A DNA stretch of 60,537 nucleotides, the filler included. It is 4 parts of 4 records of this genome, joined end to end, with 100 filler letters (N's around TTAATTAATTAA, not from the genome) between each part and the next. Parts side by side here need not be neighbours in the genome. Positions count along the whole stretch, not along the records: positions 1 to 28,591 come from SRR31156797_6202; 3 more parts are not named here. One strand, given 5' to 3'. Below the pieces are notes generated by a model. It was not told the DNA's origin. It ran no database searches and saw nothing but the letters and a program-made list of their open reading frames with translations. The translations under genes and the position numbers were made by a program. Of this stretch, positions 1 through 9,407 are shown piece by piece. Numbering within the stretch: the first letter of the stretch is position 1; each line of letters starts with the position of its first letter.

Positions 1-37
1 TACGAATGCGCTGCTCTACCAACTGAGCTAAGGTGGC
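1..37 (-). tRNA. tRNA-Thr(CGT), 5' half only (cut by window start)
   Basis: Minus strand reads GCCACCTTAGCTCAGTTGGTAGAGCAGCGCATTCGTA: acceptor 5' strand, canonical D-arm, and anticodon arm with loop TT-CGT-A. Confidence 0.9.
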
Positions 38-143
38 AAATGTTGCGCTCACCCTTGCTACCAATCCCGCCTTTGGCGAGGATGCTCGTAAAAAAATGAA
101 TTTAAAAATTTCTGTTTTTACGGCACTGAGCTAAGGTGGCAAA
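22..143 (-). repeat. 19-bp direct repeat duplicating the tRNA-Thr 5' end
   Basis: actgagctaaggtggcaaa occurs at 22-40 and at 125-143. Confidence 0.9.
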
Positions 144-191
144 ATTTATTTTGCAAAATTAGAATTTTTCAAAACCGAATTCATTTGATCC

Positions 192-1373
192 TTAAAATTC
201 TGCAATAAAAATTTCCTGCGATTTTAGAAATCCCGATACTTTGAGCAATTGGTGGAGACTTATTTCCCCAAGGAGATATTTGAAATCTGCAGAAAAATGT
301 TTTTCAAGTACCCTATCGAAATTCAGATGTTCTAAAATTTGTTCATCACCATACCTCAGGTAAATTCTTACCGGATTTTTATTGCTAAATGAAAGCCCGT
401 TTTTAAGTTTCATCTTTTTGTATTCATACCGGTAATCATAACCCCTGGCCGTAATATCAGAAAGAACTGCCGATCCTGTTGGGTGCCCGCCTGCACCGCG
501 GCCAAACATAAATTGCTTATCGTAAAAAGCCCCTTTGATCACAACACCGTTGAATTCATCCTCTACATTATAGATGTACTTATTAGGTGTGACCATTCTC
601 GGCATCACCGACATAGCAAGTGTACCGGTATCAGTTTTTTTTACATGGGCCACCAGCTTTATTTTCCGGCCCTTCTCACGGGCAAACTGCATATCCTTTT
701 CACTGATTTTTGAGATGCCAAAGTGGAAGATTTCCTTTTCCGGTACAAACAACCCAAAAGCGTGAACAGTAATGATCACAAGCTTTGATAGTGCATCAAG
801 GCCCTCAACATCCAGTGCTGGATTGCTTTCGGCAAAACCCAGCTCCTGCGCCTGTTTGAGTGCATCCTGATAACTAAGCCCTTCATTAAACATCCTGGAT
901 AAAATGTAATTGGAAGAACCGTTCAGGATACCGGTAACGCTTTTCAGGAGATCATTGTCGTAATATTCTTCAAGATTGCGGATCACCGGTATGCTGCCGC
1001 ATGCAGAAGCATCATACAAAATCCCAATTCCATTTTCCTGTTGTATGCTGATAAATTCAGGAAGGTGCAAAGCCAGCATCTTTTTGTTACCGGATACCAC
1101 ACTTTTACCCTTTTTTAAGGCTGTTTTAACTATCCCATACGCAGCTTCGGCATCATCGATCAGTTCCACCACAAGGTTAATTTCAGGATCGTTTAGAATT
1201 TCGTTGGCATCATTACAGAACATATTTGCAGGAAGATTCCTTGCCTTTGATAAATCCCTTACACAAATCTTTTTTATCTGTGCATTGGCGGTAGGACTTT
1301 GTTGTAAAACCTCATAAAGGCCTTGTCCCACAATGCCATACCCGAATAGTCCGATGTTAAGCTCTTTTTTCAT
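192..1373 (-). CDS. hom: Homoserine dehydrogenase
   Basis: GLFGYGIVG Rossmann motif, SGNKK, YDASACGSIP, GILNGSSNYIL, GFAESNPALDVEG, GRGAG. Start moved to MKKELNIG (ATG at 1373). Confidence 0.93.
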   Translation of the reverse strand: MKKELNIGLFGYGIVGQGLYEVLQQSPTANAQIKKICVRDLSKARNLPANMFCNDANEILNDPEINLVVELIDDAEAAYGIVKTALKKGKSVVSGNKKMLALHLPEFISIQQENGIGILYDASACGSIPVIRNLEEYYDNDLLKSVTGILNGSSNYILSRMFNEGLSYQDALKQAQELGFAESNPALDVEGLDALSKLVIITVHAFGLFVPEKEIFHFGISKISEKDMQFAREKGRKIKLVAHVKKTDTGTLAMSVMPRMVTPNKYIYNVEDEFNGVVIKGAFYDKQFMFGRGAGGHPTGSAVLSDITARGYDYRYEYKKMKLKNGLSFSNKNPVRIYLRYGDEQILEHLNFDRVLEKHFSADFKYLLGEISLHQLLKVSGFLKSQEIFIAEF

Positions 1374-2400
1374 TTTTTTTGTATTGATAAAATTTGTGGA
1401 CGATTTCAGCAATTTGCTCGCTTTCAACCAGGAAGCCATCGTGTCCAAATGGTGAATCTATTTCTACAAACTCGCTGTCCTGAACATGCCTGGAAATAAA
1501 CCTGAGTTCATCCGTTGGAAACAAGATATCTGATGATACCCCGATTGCAAGTGTTTTTGCCTGAATTTGCCCAAGGGCATTTTCGATGCTGCCACGATTT
1601 CGCCCCAGGTTGTGCGTATCCATCATCCGGGTAAATAAATGGTAGGAGTATGCATTAAACCGTTTCACAAGTTTTTCGCCCTGGTAAGTCTGGTAAGATG
1701 ATGCCTTGAAATTTGAGGTTTTATCCAGGTCGGTTTCAAACTGACGGATGTTGTATGCATGTCCGTTACGGTAACTGAGCAATGCAATGGAGCGGGCAGC
1801 TTTCATGCCGGCCAGCCCGCCACCTTTACTGTCGTCAAAATAACTGGAATCCGCCTCAATGGCAAGTCGTTGCGATTGATTAAACGCAATAGCCCAGGGC
1901 GAAAGCACTGCGTTGGTAGCCAGAAGTACAACATGATCAAAAATATCAGGGCATCGAATGGCCCATTCCAATGCCTGCTGTCCACCCATTGATCCACCCG
2001 TCACGGTGTGGATGTTGTTTATACCCAGATGTTTTCGTAGGATTTCCAGCATCGAAACCTGATCGCGGATCGTAACCTGCGGAAAATCCCTAAACCAGGG
2101 TTTCCCGGTCTCAGGATTTTCCGAAAGTGGGCCGGTACTGCCATAACAGGATCCCAGCATGTTGGCACAAACGATAAAATGTTCATTGGGATCATACAGT
2201 TTACCATCGCCAACCAGTCCCGGCCACCATTCAGGTGGATCGGAATTGGCAGTTAAAGCGTGGCAGATCCAGATCACATTATCCCCGGCAGCATTCAATT
2301 TGCCGTATGTGTGATATCCAATTTCGATCCCCGGAAGATTCCCTCCCAGTTCGAGCGGGAAATCCCGGTTATATTTCAATGTTTGAAATCCTTGTTCCAT
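1357..2400 (-). CDS. metX: Homoserine O-acetyltransferase (MetX family)
   Basis: CHALTANS, NMLGSCYGSTGP, GGSMGG nucleophile elbow, SDILFP, GHDGFL. Confidence 0.93.
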   Translation of the reverse strand: MEQGFQTLKYNRDFPLELGGNLPGIEIGYHTYGKLNAAGDNVIWICHALTANSDPPEWWPGLVGDGKLYDPNEHFIVCANMLGSCYGSTGPLSENPETGKPWFRDFPQVTIRDQVSMLEILRKHLGINNIHTVTGGSMGGQQALEWAIRCPDIFDHVVLLATNAVLSPWAIAFNQSQRLAIEADSSYFDDSKGGGLAGMKAARSIALLSYRNGHAYNIRQFETDLDKTSNFKASSYQTYQGEKLVKRFNAYSYHLFTRMMDTHNLGRNRGSIENALGQIQAKTLAIGVSSDILFPTDELRFISRHVQDSEFVEIDSPFGHDGFLVESEQIAEIVHKFYQYKKNEKRA

Positions 2401-2468
2401 CTCAGTTTCAAAGCTTTAATCATGCTATATTCCTGCAATTTTTATTCTTGCTTCTACTACCATCCAGA

Positions 2469-3809
<1,341 letters not shown>

Positions 3810-3824
3810 TTATTGTTTTTCTAG

Positions 3825-3898
3825 TTGAGACGCACGGCCGTGCATCTTTACTGGTTATTTATTATTCACCTTGAGACGCACGGCCGTGCGTCTTTACT
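3825..3898. repeat. Two tandem REP-like palindromes (TTGAGACGCACGGCCGTGCRTCTTTACT)
   Basis: Copies at 3825-3852 and 3871-3898 differ at one base. Palindromic core AGACGCACGGCCGTGCGTCT. The second copy overlaps the aspartokinase 3' end. Confidence 0.85.
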
Positions 3899-5317
3899 AT
3901 TTATCTCATCAAGTTCATTTTTCGTTAAGCACCCTGCGCCAGGGTCTTTCTCAAAAAAAGTTTCATGAATTGTGCGTATGGTTTCATCCCGATCTTCCCT
4001 GGCAACGATCAGATATGCTGATACTTCTGATGCTCCCATCACAATGGTTTGGATGTTGATATTTTTGGATGCAACCGCTCCAAGTATTTTTGCCATGATT
4101 CCGGGTTGGTGGTTTAAACCGTCACCAACGGTTGCAATTACTGAGATATCCTCTTCTGTCGAAACCTGATTTACCGATTTCAAAGGTGATTGGCTGATGC
4201 TGGCAAAGGCTTTTTGCAGGTCGGTTTTAGAAAGTAGAATATTGATACTTGTTTGCGAGGTGATCACCGATTTGATGTTCACCTTTTCTTCTTCCAGGCG
4301 GTGGGTAGCTTCAGCCAGGATGCCCGGACGAGCCCCTATTCCGGCACCACGCAATCGCAGGGTTCCAAAATCATCACTGAATGTTATGCTTTTGATTACC
4401 TCGGCATGTGTTTCGGTATAGCCATTGATTGTGGTTGCCGGTTTTATGGTACTTGAAAAATTTTCCACATCCAGGATTCGCAGTTGGGTTTTGACTGGCT
4501 TTAGCGGGCTGACGGTTTCGGGGTGGAGGATTCGTGCCCCGAAATACGCCAGCTCCGCCGCTTCATTATAACTTAGATTTTCCCGCAGGGAAGGATTCTC
4601 AACAATGCCAGGGTCGGCTGAAAGAAAACCCCGCACATCTTTCCAAACATCCACTGATAATGCCCCGATACAACGTGCGATGGAAGCAGCCGTGTAATCA
4701 CTGCCACCCCGTCCGAATACTGTGGTTTTTCCTTCCGGCGAAATGCCATAAAATCCGGGCACAACAAAAATCCTTTCATCTTTCAGGTTTTCGCTGAGAT
4801 GAGGTGATGATTGGTCGAAATCGGTGGAGGCCATCCCAAAAATGCCATCAGTTTTAAGCCCGATGTTTTCCGGCAAGGCCTCAGCACAATCAAAGCCTTT
4901 GTCTGTTAAAATCTCAGTAATGAGCAGTGAGTTCAGTCTTTCTCCAAAACTCAATACCTGGTCGTGCAAAAAGTCCGTGGTTTCCCCTATAAAATGTATG
5001 CTGGTGAGTATTTTATGCAGGTTGTCAATTCGTTTGTTCAGCTTTTCCAAAACGGATGCATGATTCGTTCTGCTGATATTTTTGCGAACCAGTTCCAGTT
5101 TCAGTTCATATAATTTATCAATGAAAATTTCAATGGCTTCCCGGTTTGTGGGTGCTTTATCGAGTACATCGATTATTTGATTGGTGAGCCCGAAATACGC
5201 GGATACAACAACAACCAGGGGTTGATTATATGCTTCGCAAATATTTACCAGCCTTTGATAATCGGCGCTGGCTTTGAGGTTAGATCCTCCAAATTTTACT
5301 ACAATTTTATCCGTCAT
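3866..5317 (-). CDS. Aspartate kinase with C-terminal ACT domains
   Basis: VKFGGS, VVSA, SFGE, GRGGSDYTA, WKDV.G..SADP, ELAYFGARILHP, two ACT-like repeats. First gene of the met operon. Confidence 0.92.
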   Translation of the reverse strand: MTDKIVVKFGGSNLKASADYQRLVNICEAYNQPLVVVVSAYFGLTNQIIDVLDKAPTNREAIEIFIDKLYELKLELVRKNISRTNHASVLEKLNKRIDNLHKILTSIHFIGETTDFLHDQVLSFGERLNSLLITEILTDKGFDCAEALPENIGLKTDGIFGMASTDFDQSSPHLSENLKDERIFVVPGFYGISPEGKTTVFGRGGSDYTAASIARCIGALSVDVWKDVRGFLSADPGIVENPSLRENLSYNEAAELAYFGARILHPETVSPLKPVKTQLRILDVENFSSTIKPATTINGYTETHAEVIKSITFSDDFGTLRLRGAGIGARPGILAEATHRLEEEKVNIKSVITSQTSINILLSKTDLQKAFASISQSPLKSVNQVSTEEDISVIATVGDGLNHQPGIMAKILGAVASKNINIQTIVMGASEVSAYLIVAREDRDETIRTIHETFFEKDPGAGCLTKNELDEINSKDARPCVSR

Positions 5318-5436
5318 TGTCTTTTAACTGTTGCTTGAAAAAAATGATGAAATGGTGTACTTTTTTCTCTGGTTATGAAATATGATCCAGGACAGGTTTT
5401 CCTTGAAAAGTACGTAAAGGAAATTGGCAAGCAGGT

Positions 5437-5568
5437 TTAGCCCTGCATGTGCATAGACATGGAAATTGCTATGCCGGTGGCGAAATTGGTGGTGGAAATT
5501 TTTACTGAAGATCTATCAGCATTGCGTTGCTTCGAAATAAAACCCTGCGATAAACTTAACTGTGTCAT
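5437..5568 (-). CDS. Putative 43-aa leader peptide MTQLSLSQGFISKQRNADRSSVKISTTNFATGIAISMSMHMQG
   Basis: Hand-translated ATG(5568)..TAA(5437). It starts 15 nt after the riboswitch aptamer, and its C-terminus clusters Thr, Ile and Met codons. Confidence 0.55.
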   Translation of the reverse strand: MTQLSLSQGFISKQRNADRSSVKISTTNFATGIAISMSMHMQG

Positions 5569-5583
5569 GATTTTACGTGTTTA

Positions 5584-5689
5584 GTTTATAATCTCCCGAA
5601 CTTTTCGGGATCAGGTATTAGCACCTTGCAAAAGCCTGTAGGTTGCTAGAGTTTCACAGAGCCTGATCTCTCCACTCTTCTGTATAAAC
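5584..5689 (-). ncRNA. SAM-I family riboswitch
   Basis: Minus strand GTTTATACAGAAGAGTGGAGAGATCAGGCTCTGTGAAACTCTAGCAACC...AAGGTGCTAATACCTGA-TCCCGAAAAGTTCGGGA-GATTATAAAC. P1 is GTTTATA/TATAAAC, with the GCAACC and GGTGCTAA motifs. Lies upstream of Met genes. Confidence 0.92.
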
Positions 5690-5868
5690 CGAACACTTTC
5701 AGTTGAGGAAAGAATTCGATCTTTATGCGTGCAAAGAAAGTGCATAATTTCCATTCTGACCAAATTTTTAAGTGTGAAAAATTTGTTAAATGTGAAATTT
5801 TGACTGATTTTCAGCGAGATAGTTTTGCTGTTTTTTTTAATTTGACTTAACGTTTCGGAAAGTTCACA

Positions 5869-5986
5869 GTAGGCAGCAGGCAGTAGGAAGTAAGAAGTAG
5901 GAAGTAAGAAGTAGGTAATAGACAGTTGGCAGTAGGCAGAATGTAGCAGGTAGTAAGCAAATGTAGCAGGTAGTAAGCAGTAGAGA
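5869..5986 (+). repeat. Degenerate heptamer tandem array (~17 units, GTAGGCA/GTAAGAA-like)
   Basis: gtaggca gcaggca gtaggaa gtaagaa gtaggaa gtaagaa gtaggta atagaca gttggca gtaggca ... Confidence 0.9.
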
Positions 5987-6071
5987 GTAAATCGGGAAAC
6001 TCTATTACTTTTAATAATTTGAAGTCTCGAAAACAATTCGTTTTGAATACGAAAACTGAGTAAAAAATATT

Positions 6072-6100
6072 TGTAACGAATCACACAATGCGCAGTTACA
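6072..6100 (+). promoter_or_regulatory. Candidate autoregulatory ECF promoter (TGTAAC-N17-GTTACA)
   Basis: An AAC-type -35 and GTT-type -10 with ECF-like spacing sit immediately upstream of the ECF sigma gene. Confidence 0.5.
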
Positions 6101-6131
6101 CTAATTGAATAACAAAATTTACAAGTCGATT

Positions 6132-6698
6132 TTGGATCCGCTATCTGATAATGCATTGATGCTTAAGGTTAAGTCAGGCGAAATTGCCCGACTGGGATTG
6201 TTGTTCGAACGACATCACAAATCGCTCTTTGGTTTCCTGGTTCGCATTTCCGGAGATCCTGATCTTAGCGAAGATCTGGTTCAGAATGTTTTTGAGAAAA
6301 TCCTGAAAAACAGAAAACAATTCAAAGGATATGGGAAATTCTCAACCTGGATGTTCAGCATTGCCAGGAACGAATGGATCGATCACATCAAGAAATTGAA
6401 AAGAAAGCCAAAACAAGAACAGTATGACGAAGCAATTAAAGAGGGCTCTCAAATCGATTCAGTTCATGCCTTTGATGATGAAAAAGAAGATCGGATCAGA
6501 GTGCTTGAAAGGGCGTTCGCAAAGTTGGATGATGACCAAAAACAACTGCTTGCTTTGATCAAATATGAAGGATTGAGTTACCGTGAGGTCGGATCGGTTT
6601 TAAGCATCAGTGAAGGAAATGCCAGAATAAGGGTTTACAGGGCCATGCATGATTTGCGTACCCAGTATTTTAAAATTGAAAAACAGTTAACACCATGA
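6132..6698 (+). CDS. ECF RNA polymerase sigma-70 factor
   Basis: Region 2 (LFERHH..L, SEDLVQNVF, FSTWMFSIARN) and region 4 (EGLSYREVG.VL.ISEG..RIRVYRA). Start uncertain (6105 or 6132). Confidence 0.92.
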   Translation: MDPLSDNALMLKVKSGEIARLGLLFERHHKSLFGFLVRISGDPDLSEDLVQNVFEKILKNRKQFKGYGKFSTWMFSIARNEWIDHIKKLKRKPKQEQYDEAIKEGSQIDSVHAFDDEKEDRIRVLERAFAKLDDDQKQLLALIKYEGLSYREVGSVLSISEGNARIRVYRAMHDLRTQYFKIEKQLTP

Positions 6699-7498
6699 AC
6701 GACGAAAGATATCACTATCTCCTCACCGAGTTTATTGATAAAAATCTTGATAAAAACCTGGAGATGGAGCTTAAGGCCGAGATGCAGCGCAGGGGTGAAA
6801 ATCCTGATACCATTGAGCAGATGCGTACTTTCTCAGGAAAAATGGACAGTTGGGAAGCACCCCAGCCTTCTGAAAAATTGAAGGATAATTTTTACACTTT
6901 ACTTTCAAAAGAAGAGCGAAAACTAGCATCCAAAAATGAAAGGCTTTCATTTCAGAGAATTGTTACACAAACTTTCTCCAGGACCTTCGTGCCAAAATTT
7001 GTTTATGCGATTCTATTGTTGCTGGTCGGATATGTTGCCGGAACACAGTTCTCACCGGTACAGCAATACAAAGGGCAAATGGAAGATATGGCCTCAGAAA
7101 TTCAGCAGGTTCGCCAGGTGATGATGTTGGCCCTGCTTGACAATCCGGCTGCCAGTGAGCGCCTTAAAGCCATACAAACCTCACATCAGCTCTCCAGTCC
7201 TGACGAAAAGATCATCAATGCCTTGCTGAAAACCCTCAACGACGATCCCAACGAAAATGTGCGACTTGCCGCAGTGGATGCCTTGCTCAAGTTTTCAGGG
7301 AGCGAAAAGGTTCGGCAGGGAATCTACGAATCGATTCCCAACCAGTATTCTCCAATGGTCCAGGTGACAATGTCGGAGGCTATGCTGGCACTGGATGAAA
7401 AGGAGTCGGTGCCCTATCTGAAGGCATTACTTGAAAAAGGCGGGTTAAATGAAACTGCTGAAGAAAAAATTGAAGAAACCATTCAAATTTTATCCTAA
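6695..7498 (+). CDS. Probable anti-sigma factor with a TM helix and a HEAT-repeat domain
   Basis: ATGA overlap with the sigma gene, one TM segment (FVYAILLLLVGYVAG), HEAT repeats (DPNENVRLAAVDAL). Confidence 0.8.
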   Translation: MNDERYHYLLTEFIDKNLDKNLEMELKAEMQRRGENPDTIEQMRTFSGKMDSWEAPQPSEKLKDNFYTLLSKEERKLASKNERLSFQRIVTQTFSRTFVPKFVYAILLLLVGYVAGTQFSPVQQYKGQMEDMASEIQQVRQVMMLALLDNPAASERLKAIQTSHQLSSPDEKIINALLKTLNDDPNENVRLAAVDALLKFSGSEKVRQGIYESIPNQYSPMVQVTMSEAMLALDEKESVPYLKALLEKGGLNETAEEKIEETIQILS

Positions 7499-7499
7499 G

Positions 7500-8354
7500 A
7501 TGATGGCAAGATTAATGGGTTCAATACTGATTTTTTCATTGACATTTTTCGGGCATAATCCTGAAAAAAAAGGACTGACAAAACAACAGGTATTGCAGCT
7601 GGACCCACAGATGGAAAATATCTATATCTACAATTATCTGGGCTCTGTAGGGGTTGAAGCAAATTTTCAGGAGGAGCTCACAGTGATTGCAGAAAGGGTT
7701 GCATTGGGTAATGGAGTTATTCGTCATGCAGACACGGCAATACATATCACAGCTCAAAAATTCCCGGATGGTTATCTGGTTTATATTGAATCGGCATGCA
7801 CCAGGGTTTTAAGTGAATCAAGAAAAGTGAAGTATTGCTGCTGCAGTGATGAAGAACCGGATGTAAAATTCGACCTGAAAGTGAGAGTACCTGCTGATTT
7901 AAACCTGGTCATTTCAACTATTTATGAAGGTGATATTAATGTAAGTGGCATAAATGGCAGGGTGGGGGTGAGCGTTGTAAACGGCAGTATTTCTTTAACA
8001 GACGTTACCGGAACTGTTGATGCTGTGACGATCAATGGAAATATCGATGCCATTTTCAATACGATGATCTCGCCGGGTTCGTCCTTCGAAACACGAAACG
8101 GAAATATCTATGTTTCATGTCCGGATGATCTTTCTGCAAATATTCGGTTTGATGCTTTTAATGGAAGTATGTACACAGATTTTAAAAATGTGAAACCAGG
8201 TAAAGAATCGATAGAGTTGTCTGAAAATGCCGAAGATGGAAGGCATGTTTATGCATACCGATTCTTCAAAACAGTTGATATTGGAGAAGGCTTTGCCAGG
8301 CTCAATTTTGAAACATTTAATGGAAACGTATATCTGAAAAATAATAATTATTAA
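7500..8354 (+). CDS. Secreted DUF4097 / adhesin-like beta-strand repeat protein
   Basis: Signal-like N-terminus and repeated (T/V)xNGxI motifs. Confidence 0.75.
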   Translation: MMARLMGSILIFSLTFFGHNPEKKGLTKQQVLQLDPQMENIYIYNYLGSVGVEANFQEELTVIAERVALGNGVIRHADTAIHITAQKFPDGYLVYIESACTRVLSESRKVKYCCCSDEEPDVKFDLKVRVPADLNLVISTIYEGDINVSGINGRVGVSVVNGSISLTDVTGTVDAVTINGNIDAIFNTMISPGSSFETRNGNIYVSCPDDLSANIRFDAFNGSMYTDFKNVKPGKESIELSENAEDGRHVYAYRFFKTVDIGEGFARLNFETFNGNVYLKNNNY

Positions 8355-8372
8355 CCTATTAATTGATTAACC

Positions 8373-9338
8373 ATGAAAAATTTAAGCATTGCATTTTTTG
8401 TATTCCTGATCGCAGGATTTCAGGGATTTGCACAGGAGAAACTCGAGAAGCAACTCGTGGTGCCATTATCGAAACCGGGCGACCGCGGGTCATTAACTAT
8501 TGAGTTGGTGAACGGCGGAATGACCGTTACCGGATATAATGGCAATGAGGTGGTCATTGAAGCCGGTGAAATGAAACTGGATGAACAACTTACAAGAGTG
8601 CCCACGGCAGTTGGTTGGGCTAGCCCTGCCCCGGAGGTTGAAGCTGCAGAAATGGAAGAACGGGAACGCAGGGTTGAGGCTGAAAGGGAAGCCAGGGAAG
8701 CCTATTTTTTTCAGTATGCAGGGCAGAGCAAAGATAACGATGATAACATTAACCGGTCAACGGAAGGGATGAAAAAAATCGGGGCTGCAACTTTCACACT
8801 CAACGCTGAAGAAAAGAATAACCATGTTGAGGTGGAAAGCGGATCATGGCAAAAGGCCATCCAGTTGAATGTGAAGGTTCCAAAAAACTTCGACCTGAAA
8901 CTCACAACCATAAACAGGGGCGAGATCATTGTTAAAAATATTGACGGCGTACTAGAAATTGAAAATGTAAATGGTTCTGTAACAGCATCAGGAGTTACCG
9001 GAACTGCTGTGGTCAATTCGGTGAATGGAAGCACAAAAGTTGCTTTTGATAAAATTTATACCGATGATCCCATGTCGTTTTCCACCCTTAATGGTGATAT
9101 CGAACTGATTCTCCCATCTTCAACAAAGGCCAATTTCAAAATGAAAACCGACATGGGAGAAATTTTCACGGATTTTGATATGGCGATTCAGCAACAGGAC
9201 CCTAAAGTGGAAAAAGACAACAGCCGCGGAACTTACAAGGTTTCGCTTACAAAATGGATTTATGGAAAGATCAATGGCGGTGGCCCAGAGATTACCATGC
9301 AAAGTATGCACGGTGATTTTTACATCCGGAAAAAATAG
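8373..9338 (+). CDS. Secreted DUF4097 beta-strand repeat protein
   Basis: Signal peptide (AQ cleavage), NVNGS/SVNGS/TLNGD repeats, C-terminal GKINGGGPEITMQSMHGD. Confidence 0.8.
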   Translation: MKNLSIAFFVFLIAGFQGFAQEKLEKQLVVPLSKPGDRGSLTIELVNGGMTVTGYNGNEVVIEAGEMKLDEQLTRVPTAVGWASPAPEVEAAEMEERERRVEAEREAREAYFFQYAGQSKDNDDNINRSTEGMKKIGAATFTLNAEEKNNHVEVESGSWQKAIQLNVKVPKNFDLKLTTINRGEIIVKNIDGVLEIENVNGSVTASGVTGTAVVNSVNGSTKVAFDKIYTDDPMSFSTLNGDIELILPSSTKANFKMKTDMGEIFTDFDMAIQQQDPKVEKDNSRGTYKVSLTKWIYGKINGGGPEITMQSMHGDFYIRKK

Positions 9339-9377
9339 TTGGTTGATTTTTTTTAATGAAGATGTGTTTCATTTTAC

Positions 9378-9407
9378 AAAAAGGGCTCCGGTTTCGGGGC
9401 CTTTTTT
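9378..9407. terminator. Bidirectional intrinsic terminator
   Basis: aaaaagggctccg-gttt-cggggcctttttt between convergent genes. Confidence 0.8.

Noticed and set aside
5869-5986. Possible CRISPR array (also considered for 3825-3898 and 25145-25440)
   Set aside because: Units are 7-mers or only two copies, with no unique spacers and no cas genes.
5611-6156. 181-aa minus-strand ORF
   Set aside because: It reads through the heptamer array and the riboswitch. Its low-complexity translation is a repeat artefact.
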